From NCBI GenBank assembly GCA_039656555.1, contig JBDHLU010000001.1, positions 406 through 64,405 of the forward strand: 64,000 nt of DNA, given 5' to 3'. Shown one piece after another: positions 7,498 through 16,848 of this stretch; position 1 is the first letter of the stretch, and each line of letters begins with the position of its first letter. A program made the translations under genes and the position numbers. The DNA is from Gemmatimonadota bacterium (GTDB lineage: Bacteria > Gemmatimonadota > Gemmatimonadetes > Gemmatimonadales > GWC2-71-9). The notes under the pieces were generated by a model that searched no databases, was not told the DNA's origin, and was given only the letters and a program-made list of their open reading frames with translations.

Positions 7498-8697
7498 CTA
7501 GATCAATCCGAGTTTCGTCCCGACTTTCTTGAACGCGGCAAGGGCTTCATCGAGGTGCTGGCGCGTATGAGCCGCGGACACCTGGCAGCGTACTCGGGCC
7601 TCTCCCTTGGGAACGACAGGGAACCCGAATCCTGTTACGAACACTCCCTCGTCCAACAACATGTCACTCATTTGGATGGCCTTCGCGGTCTCTCCGACGA
7701 TTACCGGGATAATCGGCGTGTCACCTTCCAACGGTTTGAACCCGAGTTCGAGAAGTTCCCCTCGAAAATATGCGGTATTGTCGCGGAGCGTTTGCACCCG
7801 TTCCGGATGGGCCCCCAGATAGTTGACGGCAGCTAGAGCGCTTCCAGCCACTGTACACGGTAATGCATTCGAAAAAAGCTGAGGGCGCGATCGTTGTGTT
7901 AGGTAGTCGCACAGCGCTTCCGATGCTGCCGTGAAGCCGCCAGCCGCACCGCCAAGTGCTTTGCCCAGGGTCGATGTGACTATGTCGATGTCCCCGAGTA
8001 CACCGGCGTACTCGGGAGTCCCGCGTCCACTTTTGCCCAAGACCCCGGTTCCATGCGAGTCGTCGACGGCGACGATGGCATCGTACTTTCGTGCCAACTC
8101 CAAGATGTCTGCCAATTTGGCGACATCGCCCTCCATCGAGAAAACGCCGTCAGTGAAGATCATTCGCGTCCGTGCCTCGGCGAATCCCTTGAGTTTCTCC
8201 TCTAGGTCGTTCATGTCGGAGTGCTTGTAGACGGCGGAGCGACACTTCGAAATAGATTTCGCCAGACGAATAGCGTCGATGATCGATGCGTGGTTGAACG
8301 CATCCGAGATGACGGCGTCGTCCGGGCCCAGCAACGTGGCGCACAGTCCCTCGTTGGCGTTCCAACACGATACGTAGGTCAAGGACCTTTCCGTGCCAAC
8401 CAGTTGCGCGAGGGCGCGTTCGAGTTCGCGATGGATGGTGAACGTGCCGCAGATGAACCGCACGCTCGACGTGCCGGCACCGAACCGGTCGATAGCCGCC
8501 TTTCCCGCCTCCATGATCTCGGGCATCGCTGAAAGTCCGAGGTAGTTGTTGCTCGAGAGGATGATGATGTCACCGCGTCCCTCCATCGTAACGCGCGCGT
8601 CTTGGGGCGAGTCCAAATAGTTGAACCGCTTGTACACGCCGTCGGTTTTGAGCTGCTCGAGTTCCGCCTGCAACCGTTGGTTTACTGAAGAATTCAT
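7498..8697 (-). CDS. kbl: Glycine C-acetyltransferase (2-amino-3-ketobutyrate CoA ligase)
   Basis: Starts MNSSVNQRLQAELEQLKTDGVYKRF. Class II aminotransferase/PLP features (SNNYLGL, DDSHGTGVLG, TLGKALGG). Its ATG overlaps the tdh stop (ATGA). The longer ORF to 9027 is an artefactual extension. Confidence 0.9.
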   Translation of the reverse strand: MNSSVNQRLQAELEQLKTDGVYKRFNYLDSPQDARVTMEGRGDIIILSSNNYLGLSAMPEIMEAGKAAIDRFGAGTSSVRFICGTFTIHRELERALAQLVGTERSLTYVSCWNANEGLCATLLGPDDAVISDAFNHASIIDAIRLAKSISKCRSAVYKHSDMNDLEEKLKGFAEARTRMIFTDGVFSMEGDVAKLADILELARKYDAIVAVDDSHGTGVLGKSGRGTPEYAGVLGDIDIVTSTLGKALGGAAGGFTAASEALCDYLTQRSRPQLFSNALPCTVAGSALAAVNYLGAHPERVQTLRDNTAYFRGELLELGFKPLEGDTPIIPVIVGETAKAIQMSDMLLDEGVFVTGFGFPVVPKGEARVRCQVSAAHTRQHLDEALAAFKKVGTKLGLI

Positions 8698-9734
8698 TGT
8701 CCGTCTCCGACCTCGAGGATGACCTTGCCGGCCTCGCCGGACCGGATGGCCTCGAGAGCGTCGTCGATGTGATCGAGGGTGAAGGTGTGGGTAACAACGG
8801 GCCGCGGGTCGAGCTGTCCCGATCCTAGAAACGTGCGCATCTGGTGCCACGTTTCGTACATCCGTCGGCCGATCACCCCGTAGATGGTAAGTCCACGGAA
8901 GATGACGTCTTCCGACAAGTGAATAGGGACGGCCCCTTGCGGAAGACCGAGCAAATTCACTCGTCCGCCGAGTCTGGCAGCCTTGAAGGCCTGTCCGATG
9001 GCGGTCGGGTTGCCCGACATCTCGCACACGAGGTCCGCACCTTCTCCGTTCGTTTCTTCCATGACGCGCGAGACGACATCTTCGTTTGCGGCGTTGAGCA
9101 ACACGTGCGCACCCATGCCTCGGGCGAGCGCCAATCGTTTTTCGTTAATGTCCGATGCAATCACACGGCTTGCCCCGCCGGCAATCGCAATTCCGACGGC
9201 AAAACACCCGATCGGGCCGCATCCGAGGATCAATACGGTTCCACCTGTGAGTTCGGGTGCGAGCACTGTGTGGAAGGCGTTCCCGATCGGATCCATGATG
9301 GCTCCAATAGTCGTCGGGATACCGTCGAGAGGCATGACATTGAGGGCCGGCATCGCGATGTGTTCTGCGAACGCACCGTCACGATCGACGCCGATGATCT
9401 GCGTACGCTGGCAAATATGCCCGTTACCAGTCCGGCACTGGCGACAATGTCCGCAGATGATGTGTCCCTCCGCCGTGACCAACTGTCCAATCTCGAACGA
9501 TTCCGTGACATCGGAACCGATTTCCACGATCTCCCCCGCGAATTCGTGTCCCACTACCACAGGGGGCTCGATGCGGCCTTGCGCCCATTGGTCCCAATCG
9601 GCGATGTGCAGGTCAGTCCCGCATACGCCAGCGTGGTGTACTTTGATGAGCACGTCATGGTGGCCACACGTCGGGCGATCGACATCGGTCACAGTGAGAC
9701 CAGGTGCCGCACGGTCTTTGACGATGGCTTTCAC
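8694..9734 (-). CDS. tdh: L-threonine 3-dehydrogenase (Zn-dependent MDR family)
   Basis: GVCGTDLHI, GHEFAGEIVEIG, Cys cluster CGHCRQCRTG and GCGPIG Rossmann motif. Operon partner of kbl. Confidence 0.9.
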   Translation of the reverse strand: MKAIVKDRAAPGLTVTDVDRPTCGHHDVLIKVHHAGVCGTDLHIADWDQWAQGRIEPPVVVGHEFAGEIVEIGSDVTESFEIGQLVTAEGHIICGHCRQCRTGNGHICQRTQIIGVDRDGAFAEHIAMPALNVMPLDGIPTTIGAIMDPIGNAFHTVLAPELTGGTVLILGCGPIGCFAVGIAIAGGASRVIASDINEKRLALARGMGAHVLLNAANEDVVSRVMEETNGEGADLVCEMSGNPTAIGQAFKAARLGGRVNLLGLPQGAVPIHLSEDVIFRGLTIYGVIGRRMYETWHQMRTFLGSGQLDPRPVVTHTFTLDHIDDALEAIRSGEAGKVILEVGDGQ

Positions 9735-10526
9735 TTAGAGGATGCCTTTGATGTACCCGCCGTCCACCTGGATCGTGGCACCAGTTAGGTAACCTGCGTG
9801 GTCGGAGACCATGAAAGCGACCATCGCCGCAAGTTCTTCGGGGTCACCAATCCGGCCGGCTGGAATCTGCGCCACCAGGTTTCGCTCGACTTCGTCGACG
9901 GAGATGCCACCTTTCTGGGCCATCACGTCGAAAAGCTCTGCAACGCGTTCGGTGCGCATGTAACCTGGACAAATAGTATTGATGGTCACGCCGTCGGTCG
10001 CGATTTCGTTGGAAACGCCCTTTACGAACCCGAGTAGTCCCGCTCTAGATGTGCTCGACAGCAGGAGTCCAGCAATAGGCTGCTTGGCGGCAACGCTCGT
10101 GAGACACACGATTCGTCCCCATCTACGCTCCCGCATGCCGGAAACGACCGCCCGGCAAAGGTTGATGGTAGAGAGCAGGTTGAGCTCTATGGCCCGCTGC
10201 CACGTTTCGGCGTCGGCTTCGTCAAACGTCCGTGCGGGCGGCCCCCCTGCATTGGCGAGGAGGATGTCGATCGGTCCCACAGCGTCGGATACGGCCTGCA
10301 CTAGTGTGGTAACAGCTTCGCCGTGGCTGACATCCGCGACGAAGGTCCCGGGTCTGGTACCGGTCTCACGTTCGACACGGTTGGCAGCGTTGTCCAGCCT
10401 GGTTTGGTCCCGGCCGTTCAATGCGACTCGGCACCCTTCCCGCGCCAGACGGGTCGCAATAGCCAATCCGAGTCCACTCGAGGAACCGCAGACGAGGGCA
10501 ATACGATCCTTGATATGTAGATCCAT
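9735..10526 (-). CDS. SDR-family oxidoreductase (3-oxoacyl-ACP reductase-like)
   Basis: MDLHIKDRIALVCGSSSGLGLAIA (TGxxxGxG-type motif), NAGG, and PGYMRTERV. Start is taken at the internal ATG 10526; the ORF extension to 10673 is not protein-like. Confidence 0.8.
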   Translation of the reverse strand: MDLHIKDRIALVCGSSSGLGLAIATRLAREGCRVALNGRDQTRLDNAANRVERETGTRPGTFVADVSHGEAVTTLVQAVSDAVGPIDILLANAGGPPARTFDEADAETWQRAIELNLLSTINLCRAVVSGMRERRWGRIVCLTSVAAKQPIAGLLLSSTSRAGLLGFVKGVSNEIATDGVTINTICPGYMRTERVAELFDVMAQKGGISVDEVERNLVAQIPAGRIGDPEELAAMVAFMVSDHAGYLTGATIQVDGGYIKGIL

Positions 10527-10636
10527 GATCTGGTTGGACCTTGAGGGTGTCCCCGTGGTAGAATGCGAGCGGGAATTTGCCGAGGTATGGGTGTCACAGC
10601 AAGGGCCCACAGTATTCCGACAAAGGTCGAGACTCA

Positions 10637-12232
10637 ATGACGATTTCGCGTCGTACGTTTGTTCAGCAGACATCGGCCGCCACTGCGGCGTCCGTGATCC
10701 TTCCCCAGGCCTCCGGCGTGGCGAACCAAAACTCGTCTGCCCAGGATGGCCCGTCGCTCAAGTTGCTGGCAATGTTGGGTCTCGATGCCGCGCGGTCCGC
10801 AGGCGCGACATACGCGGACATCCGAATCGTCGATCTCCGCACTCAGGCAGTCCGTACGCGAGATCAACGTATCACCGGGTTGAGCGACGACGAATCCCGC
10901 GGCTTTGGCGTGCGTGCGCTGGCCAATGGCGCGTGGGGTTTTGCCGCCAGTCCCACAATAGATCGCGAGGAAGTCGTGCGGGTCGCGCGTGAGGCGGTGG
11001 CGCAAGCACGTGCCAACAGCCGAGCCATTAAGACGCCCGTCACTCTTGCGCCGGTCAGCGCCTATCCGGACGGGTACTGGGAGAGCCCGATTGCTGAGGA
11101 CCCGTTTGCCGTGGCCCTAGAAGAAAAGATCGATCTGCTCCTCGAGGCGAATCGATCCGCACTGTCAGTGAAAGGCGCGCAGTTTGCGTCATCGGCGATG
11201 CAGTTCGTGCGGCATCGAACCACCTTTGCCTCGACCGATGGGAGCGTCGTCGAGCAAGTGGCGACCCGCTCCTATCCGACCATGTCTATCACGGCGGTTG
11301 CGCCTGACTACTCCGATTTCCAAACGCGGACATCTAGCGAAATTGCGCCGATGGGGTTGGGGTATGAGCACGTCCGCGATGCCAATCTGATCGTACGAGC
11401 GGAGCGGTGGGCCGAGCAAGCCGTGCAGAAGATCTCGGCGGCCCCCGTCGAACCGGGTACGTACGATCTCGTGCTCCACCCAAGCAACTTGTTTCTCACT
11501 ATCCACGAGAGCATCGGGCATCCGACAGAACTCGACAGAGCGCTGGGGTTCGAAGCTAACTACGCGGGAACGTCGTTCCTTTCCCCTCCGGAGGACATGA
11601 TCCAGCGATTTCGTTACGGACCCGAGTTCATGAACATCCAGGGTGACCGCACGCAACATGGTGCGCTCGCCACCGTGGGGTGGGACGATGAGGGGGTTCC
11701 ATCAGACAGTTGGCCGATCGTGAAGGACGGGGTCTTTGTCGACTACCAAACCACACGAGAACAAACGGGTTGGATCACAGGCCTTACGGGGATTACCCGT
11801 TCGCACGGGTGCTCGTTTGCTCAATCGTGGGATCGGGTCCAGTTCCAACGCATGCCCAACGTGTCCCTGCTTCCCGGTGAAGAGGGCTACTCGCTCCAAG
11901 ATATCATCGAAGCAACCGACAACGGCATCCTTGTCATTGGCCGTGGTTCGTATTCGATCGATCAACAGCGGTACAACTTCCAGTTTGGCGGTCAGGCGTT
12001 CTACGAAATCAAGGGCGGTCAATTGACGCGAATGTTGAAGGATCTTGCGTATCAAGGCACGACACCCGAGTTCTGGAACTCAATGGACATGTTGGGAGGG
12101 GCGGAGACATACGAGTTGGGAGGGACCTTCGGCGATTCGAAAGGGCAACCCGCGCAAGCCAATGCCGTGAGTCATGGCTGCCCGCCAGCGCGATTCCGCA
12201 ACGTCAAAGTCATCGATCCCAGAAGGGCGTAA
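10637..12232 (+). CDS. tldD: TldD-family metallopeptidase with twin-arginine (Tat) signal peptide
   Basis: The N-terminus MTISRRTFVQQTSAATAASVILPQASG is a Tat motif. HESIGHPTELDR (HExxxH) is the TldD signature, and the C-terminal GxC motif (SHGCP) is present. Confidence 0.85.
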   Translation: MTISRRTFVQQTSAATAASVILPQASGVANQNSSAQDGPSLKLLAMLGLDAARSAGATYADIRIVDLRTQAVRTRDQRITGLSDDESRGFGVRALANGAWGFAASPTIDREEVVRVAREAVAQARANSRAIKTPVTLAPVSAYPDGYWESPIAEDPFAVALEEKIDLLLEANRSALSVKGAQFASSAMQFVRHRTTFASTDGSVVEQVATRSYPTMSITAVAPDYSDFQTRTSSEIAPMGLGYEHVRDANLIVRAERWAEQAVQKISAAPVEPGTYDLVLHPSNLFLTIHESIGHPTELDRALGFEANYAGTSFLSPPEDMIQRFRYGPEFMNIQGDRTQHGALATVGWDDEGVPSDSWPIVKDGVFVDYQTTREQTGWITGLTGITRSHGCSFAQSWDRVQFQRMPNVSLLPGEEGYSLQDIIEATDNGILVIGRGSYSIDQQRYNFQFGGQAFYEIKGGQLTRMLKDLAYQGTTPEFWNSMDMLGGAETYELGGTFGDSKGQPAQANAVSHGCPPARFRNVKVIDPRRA

Positions 12233-12236
12233 CGGG

Positions 12237-13589
12237 ATGATGACCAGCATCATGACACGCGACGAGGCACGTGCCCTCGCACAGCGGATTCTCGAACAGA
12301 GTTCCGCCGACGAGGCGGAGGTGCGTATCAGCTCGGGTTTGGACGGCAACACCCGGTTCGCGGCCAATCAGGTGACAACGGCCGGCGATGCAAGAGATCT
12401 CGAGGCGACGTTGTTTGTCCGGTTCGGTACGCGAGCTGCCTCGGTGACCTTCAATCGGTTCGACGATCGGAGCATAGCTGGAGCTGCCGCGAAGGCTGAG
12501 CAGTTAGCGGTACTGGCTCCGGAAAATGACGAGCAAATGCCGGTGCTCGGACCACAGTCTTACGATACTAACGGCGCGTTCGCTGACGTGACCGTTGAGT
12601 TGAACGCTGGTGCGCGGGTCGATGCGGCTCGAGGTGTGATCGAGCGGGCTAGCCGGGAAGGGCTCCTCTCTTCGGGGTTTATTCAGCGGGTCGTCACCGC
12701 CTACGCCGTGGCGAATTCGGAAGGCCTGTTTGCGTACCATCGGTCCACGCTCGCGTCGTACACGACGACCGTTCGCACGCCGACCGCCGACGGATCCGGG
12801 TGGGCGGGGACGACGCACAACAATTGGACCCTCATGGATGCCCCGATCGTGCTCGCCGACCGAGCCATCGACAAGGCGCGCCGAAGTGTGGGGGCGGTGG
12901 CGGTCGATCCTGGTGCGTACACCGTTCTTTTGGAACCGACCGCGGTTGGCAACCTCGTCCAATTGTTGCGCGGCCCTCTCGATGCTCGGGCTGCAGCCGA
13001 AGGACGATCGATTTTTTCAGCAGTTGGGGGCGGAACACACCTGGGAACCCAGGTGATCGACGAACGACTTTCTCTCGTTTCTGATCCGTCTGATCCCCGG
13101 TTGCTCGATCGTCCGTTTACCGCAGACGGCCAACCCGTTGGCCGAACGCCGTGGATCGAGAACGGCGTGCTTACAAACTTGGCGACGAGCCGGTTCTGGG
13201 CCATGGATCAGGACCTCGACCCAGTCCCGGCACCACGTGGGATCATGTTGACTGGCGGGACCGGATCGATCGACGACCTTGTGGGGTCCATCGATAGGGG
13301 CCTCCTCGTGACACGTTTTTGGTATGTCCGTGGTGTCGATGCGAGGACGCTGCTCTACACGGGTTTGACGCGGGACGGTGTGTTCATGATTGAAGGCGGC
13401 GAGATAACAGGCGCGGTTCGCAACCTCAGATTCAACCAGAGTATTCTGGATATGCTCAACGAGGTGGAAGCGGTTGGTGAGACGGTTCGCGTCGTCGCTT
13501 CTGAATCTGGTGGGCTCGGGGCGCCGGTCGTCATGCCGCCCCTAGTGGTGCGCAACTTCCATTTCACCTCGACGTCCGAGGCCGTCTAA
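12237..13589 (+). CDS. pmbA: PmbA/TldE-family protein (TldD partner), no signal peptide
   Basis: Family-typical layout, with RFAANQVT near the N-terminus and C-terminal GGEITGAVRNLRFNQSILDML. Starts 5 nt after the tldD stop. Confidence 0.8.
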   Translation: MMTSIMTRDEARALAQRILEQSSADEAEVRISSGLDGNTRFAANQVTTAGDARDLEATLFVRFGTRAASVTFNRFDDRSIAGAAAKAEQLAVLAPENDEQMPVLGPQSYDTNGAFADVTVELNAGARVDAARGVIERASREGLLSSGFIQRVVTAYAVANSEGLFAYHRSTLASYTTTVRTPTADGSGWAGTTHNNWTLMDAPIVLADRAIDKARRSVGAVAVDPGAYTVLLEPTAVGNLVQLLRGPLDARAAAEGRSIFSAVGGGTHLGTQVIDERLSLVSDPSDPRLLDRPFTADGQPVGRTPWIENGVLTNLATSRFWAMDQDLDPVPAPRGIMLTGGTGSIDDLVGSIDRGLLVTRFWYVRGVDARTLLYTGLTRDGVFMIEGGEITGAVRNLRFNQSILDMLNEVEAVGETVRVVASESGGLGAPVVMPPLVVRNFHFTSTSEAV

Positions 13590-13598
13590 AGCGGCCGG

Positions 13599-14399
13599 TC
13601 AGGGGCGCCGGGCCACCAACCAGTTCACGCCCCCTCCAATCCCAATCTCCACTTCCCACCCCTCGTAGTCTCCAGCCAGTTTATCTAGGTCTATTTCGGG
13701 GAACTCGCTGCCTTCGTCAGGTGGCCGCAGGCAGTGAATACCTCCGGGCGGCGTCCGGTCCTTGAGCGTCCCGAGAAACCCATGACGGTCTTCGGGGTCG
13801 AGTCGTCCGAGAGCCCGAACATCCAAGACGGTGAGCGTGGGTCTTACGTCCGGGAACCACTCTCCAAGTGCCACGACGAGCGCCTGGAAATCGCGCGACA
13901 ATGACTCGGCTGCTGCTCGAGTCTCGATGGCCTCCACCGACCCCAGCTCCTGGTCGACGAACACCACAGGCCACTCGTGCGCCGCGAGGTAGAGCGCAAC
14001 GCCGCTGGCGGCCCCTCCGACGACGAGGGCCACCCCACTCACGGACGATCGGCCGAGAGTGGCAACCGGGGCCTGTGGGGGGATGTTCCAATGTGTGGGT
14101 TGGCGCTGTGCCTCACGGAGCCGGATATGACGGGTGCGCCAGCGGCGAAAGCTCGGCAGGTTTAGGCGACGCATGATTAGGCGGTCGACGTGTTCCAGGA
14201 CTAGCACCTCGGTGAGCAGCAGCTGTTCTTCCGGGCCGACTTCCAACTCTTTCACCGCCTCATCGGCGATCGCCATGAGTTCATCGCGTGAGAGTTGTTC
14301 CTTGAACTCCTCGATACGCTGGAGGAGCGACTCCTCATACTCCTGGCGGAGGGAAAGGCGTTGTGCCTGCCGGGTGTCGGAAGCGAATTCGCTCAACAT
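13599..14399 (-). CDS. Hypothetical protein (N-terminal helical region, C-terminal Rossmann-like GxGxG stretch VALVVGGAASGVA)
   Basis: Long ORF with good third-position GC and no recognisable catalytic motif. Convergent with pmbA at a 9-bp gap. Confidence 0.5.
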   Translation of the reverse strand: MLSEFASDTRQAQRLSLRQEYEESLLQRIEEFKEQLSRDELMAIADEAVKELEVGPEEQLLLTEVLVLEHVDRLIMRRLNLPSFRRWRTRHIRLREAQRQPTHWNIPPQAPVATLGRSSVSGVALVVGGAASGVALYLAAHEWPVVFVDQELGSVEAIETRAAAESLSRDFQALVVALGEWFPDVRPTLTVLDVRALGRLDPEDRHGFLGTLKDRTPPGGIHCLRPPDEGSEFPEIDLDKLAGDYEGWEVEIGIGGGVNWLVARRP

Positions 14400-14458
14400 G
14401 GCTCGGCGTGTATGACGACCTCGTGGAGCCCGAGTCTAACGGTTGCAAGCGGCATTGC

Positions 14459-14818
14459 TCAAGCGCGATCCGGCCGGAGCACGCGAGCGTCGTGGAGGTA
14501 CACGTGTTTCACCTCCCGTTGGGTACGTTCGGTGTTCACGTGGAGGAGGACGCGAATACATCTGCCGAGGCCTCCCGGCACATCCATCTCGGTGGCGCCA
14601 AGCAATGCCGTATCCGTCCAACCCATCTCGCGCGCGGCCCGGGCAGGGTATTCGCCCGACAGATCCTGGGTGACGGTAAAGATGATGCTGGCAACGTCAT
14701 CGATATCGATAGCATTGGCCTCCACCATGGCCTCGAGGAGTTCACGCGTGGCCCGGAGAACTGCCGTCGGGGTATCTTTCACAACTGTCGTTGCTCCCCG
14801 TATGCCTCGTGTAGCCAT
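14459..14818 (-). CDS. aroH: Monofunctional chorismate mutase, AroH type
   Basis: 119 aa. MATRGIRGATTV... with IIFTVTQDL and RVLLHVNT is characteristic of AroH-class chorismate mutase. The longer ORF to 15247 is an extension antisense to thiE. Confidence 0.8.
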   Translation of the reverse strand: MATRGIRGATTVVKDTPTAVLRATRELLEAMVEANAIDIDDVASIIFTVTQDLSGEYPARAAREMGWTDTALLGATEMDVPGGLGRCIRVLLHVNTERTQREVKHVYLHDARVLRPDRA

Positions 14819-14824
14819 GAATCG

Positions 14825-15451
14825 ATGACCTCCCATCCCGAATTGCGTTTGCTCGCGATCGCCGGTCCACCCCTGTTGGATCCTGCTCGCATGGTCGACG
14901 CCTGCCGCGCAGCAGAACAAGGTGGGGTGACCGCCGTCCAGGTGCGCTGGAAGGACGCCCCGGTTGGAGACCTCTTGCAAGTTACCACCGAGTTGGTACA
15001 AGCACTCTCGGTTCCAGTCTTTGTGAACGACAGGGCCGATGTCGCGTGGGCGGCGGGAGCCCGCGGCGTGCATCTCGGGGCCGAAGATCTTCCGGTAGAC
15101 CGTGTCCGCTGTGTATCTCCATCGCAGTGGTGCATCGGGACATCGGTAGGTGACGTCGATGAAGCGGCGGCCGCATGCCTGACGGATGCGGACTACTGGG
15201 GTGTCGGGCCCGTGTGCTCGACGTCGACCAAGGATGATGCTGGCCAAGCCATAGGTACGGTCGGATTCCGCCGCCTTGCAAGCATGGCCCCGCCCGGAAC
15301 CGTGGTGCTTGCCATCGGAGGGGTCGATGCCGATACGGCGCGGTCTGTGATGGGGGTCGGCGCGGACGGCATTGCGGTGAGTCGAGCGGTGTTTGGGAGG
15401 GGGGACATTACCCGGGCCGCAGCACGACTCTGGGCTATCGTCGCGCCATAA
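14825..15451 (+). CDS. thiE: Thiamine-phosphate synthase
   Basis: GGVTAVQVRWKD, VFVNDRADVAWAAGARGVHLG, TSTK, and LAIGGV...GADGIAVSRAVF. TTG 14843 is an alternative start. Confidence 0.85.
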   Translation: MTSHPELRLLAIAGPPLLDPARMVDACRAAEQGGVTAVQVRWKDAPVGDLLQVTTELVQALSVPVFVNDRADVAWAAGARGVHLGAEDLPVDRVRCVSPSQWCIGTSVGDVDEAAAACLTDADYWGVGPVCSTSTKDDAGQAIGTVGFRRLASMAPPGTVVLAIGGVDADTARSVMGVGADGIAVSRAVFGRGDITRAAARLWAIVAP

Positions 15452-15463
15452 CGATCGGTGACC

Positions 15464-16414
15464 CTAGCCGCCGTTTCTGATCTGGTTGATAGTGCGCCGG
15501 TGCTCGGCGAACGTCCGCGAGAATACGTGACGGCCGTCCCCCCGGGCGACGAAATACACGAAATCGGTTGCTCTTGGATACAGTGCCGCTTCGATGCTTG
15601 CGGTTGACGGCGAGCCAATTGGTCCGGGTGGCAGTCCGTCAATTTGATAGGTGTTGTATGGGGACTGGAGTAGATAGTCGCGTTCGAACAACCGGCGCCG
15701 GCGTCCCAATGCATAGATCACGGTCGGATCGGCTTGGAGTCGCATCCCCCGCCGCAATCGATTGTGGTACACCGACGAGACGTAACGTCGGTCTTCTTCA
15801 TGCCTTACCTCACCCTCGATGATCGAGGCGAGCGTGATCAGTTCGTGGAAGCTCAAACCGAGAGTGTCCAGGCGGGCGGTCCATTCGTCACGCCATCTCG
15901 ATTGGAACGTGCGGACTAATTGGTCGACCACATCGCCCGCGGTGGCGTCGAACCGCACTAGGTAGGTGCTGGGGTACAGATACCCTTCGAGGGTTGGAGC
16001 CGGTACACCGAGCCGAATTCTCCAAGTGGAGTCGCTGGCTGCCGCGATCATGTCTTCGTAGGGAATGCCTAGCTGCCGCTCCGCCTCGGTCGCAATTTCG
16101 GAGAGCATGAGGCCTTCGTGAATGACGAAAGCCCGGAGCGCCGGTTGACCTCTCACCAACGCCGCCAACGCTACCCGCGTCCCGGCCCCAGCCGGAAGTT
16201 CAAACGTCCCCGCCTTGATGGCCCGTGATCGACCGGAGATCGCCGAGTAGAATCGGAAGAATCCAGGGTCGGATACGATTCCGCGCGTGGACAGGGTCTC
16301 GGCTACCGCGGCAACCGTTGCCCCGCGCGGAACGGTGAACATGACGGACTCACCCTCGGGGGCCGGTGAGCAGGCGGCCAGGACACCGGCAAGCAATACC
16401 CACTTCAACCTCAC
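15464..16414 (-). CDS. mltG: Endolytic murein transglycosylase MltG (YceG-like)
   Basis: N-terminal membrane anchor, LASIIEGEV, LQADPTVIYA, SPYNTYQIDGLPPGPIGSP and YFVARGDGRHVFS. Confidence 0.9.
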   Translation of the reverse strand: MRLKWVLLAGVLAACSPAPEGESVMFTVPRGATVAAVAETLSTRGIVSDPGFFRFYSAISGRSRAIKAGTFELPAGAGTRVALAALVRGQPALRAFVIHEGLMLSEIATEAERQLGIPYEDMIAAASDSTWRIRLGVPAPTLEGYLYPSTYLVRFDATAGDVVDQLVRTFQSRWRDEWTARLDTLGLSFHELITLASIIEGEVRHEEDRRYVSSVYHNRLRRGMRLQADPTVIYALGRRRRLFERDYLLQSPYNTYQIDGLPPGPIGSPSTASIEAALYPRATDFVYFVARGDGRHVFSRTFAEHRRTINQIRNGG

Positions 16415-16839
16415 TTCGAGCGCTCCAGGAACTGTTGCAATATCACGGTCGCCGCGAGCGGGTCGACATCCTGTTTCCTGCCCCGGGTGCCGCCGCCCAA
16501 GTCTCTAACCGCGCGAAGTGCTCGACTCGTTGTCATCCGTTCGTCGATATACGATACTGGCAATCCGGTTTTTTCGGCAATGAGGTCGCCAATGACCCGG
16601 GCCTCGAGCGCCCGGTCTCCAACTTCTCCGTCTTCCGTAAGAGGTAGTCCTACAACGACAACCACAGGTTCGTACTCGTTCAGATACCCGTGAAGTTGTT
16701 TCATGGGAAAGCGCTTGCCAATCCTGCGGGTCAGGGTGGCCAACGGTTGCGCTATGGTGCGGGTGGGGTCGGAAACAGCTAGGCCGATGCGCTTGTCCCC
16801 GATGTCGATGGCAAGAACTCGGCCCTGCTCGTCGGACAT
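16411..16839 (-). CDS. ruvX: Holliday-junction resolvase-like nuclease RuvX (YqgF)
   Basis: VLAIDIGDKRIGLAVSD, VVVVGLPL and DERMTT. 4-bp overlap with mltG. Confidence 0.9.
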   Translation of the reverse strand: MSDEQGRVLAIDIGDKRIGLAVSDPTRTIAQPLATLTRRIGKRFPMKQLHGYLNEYEPVVVVVGLPLTEDGEVGDRALEARVIGDLIAEKTGLPVSYIDERMTTSRALRAVRDLGGGTRGRKQDVDPLAATVILQQFLERSK

Positions 16840-16848
16840 GTTTTGCGC

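Noticed and set aside
8698-9027. The N-terminal extension of the kbl ORF (the ORF track gives 7498-9027, 509 aa).
   Set aside because: The extension is Arg/Pro/His-rich nonsense and lies entirely inside tdh in another frame. The kbl homology starts at MNSSVNQRL (ATG at 8697), with a classic ATGA overlap to tdh.
14363-14824. Long extensions of the thiE ORF (14363-15451) and of the aroH ORF (14459-15247) that overlap each other antisense.
   Set aside because: Recognisable homology begins at 14825 for ThiE and at 14818 for AroH. The extensions are simply the open antisense frames common in high-GC DNA.
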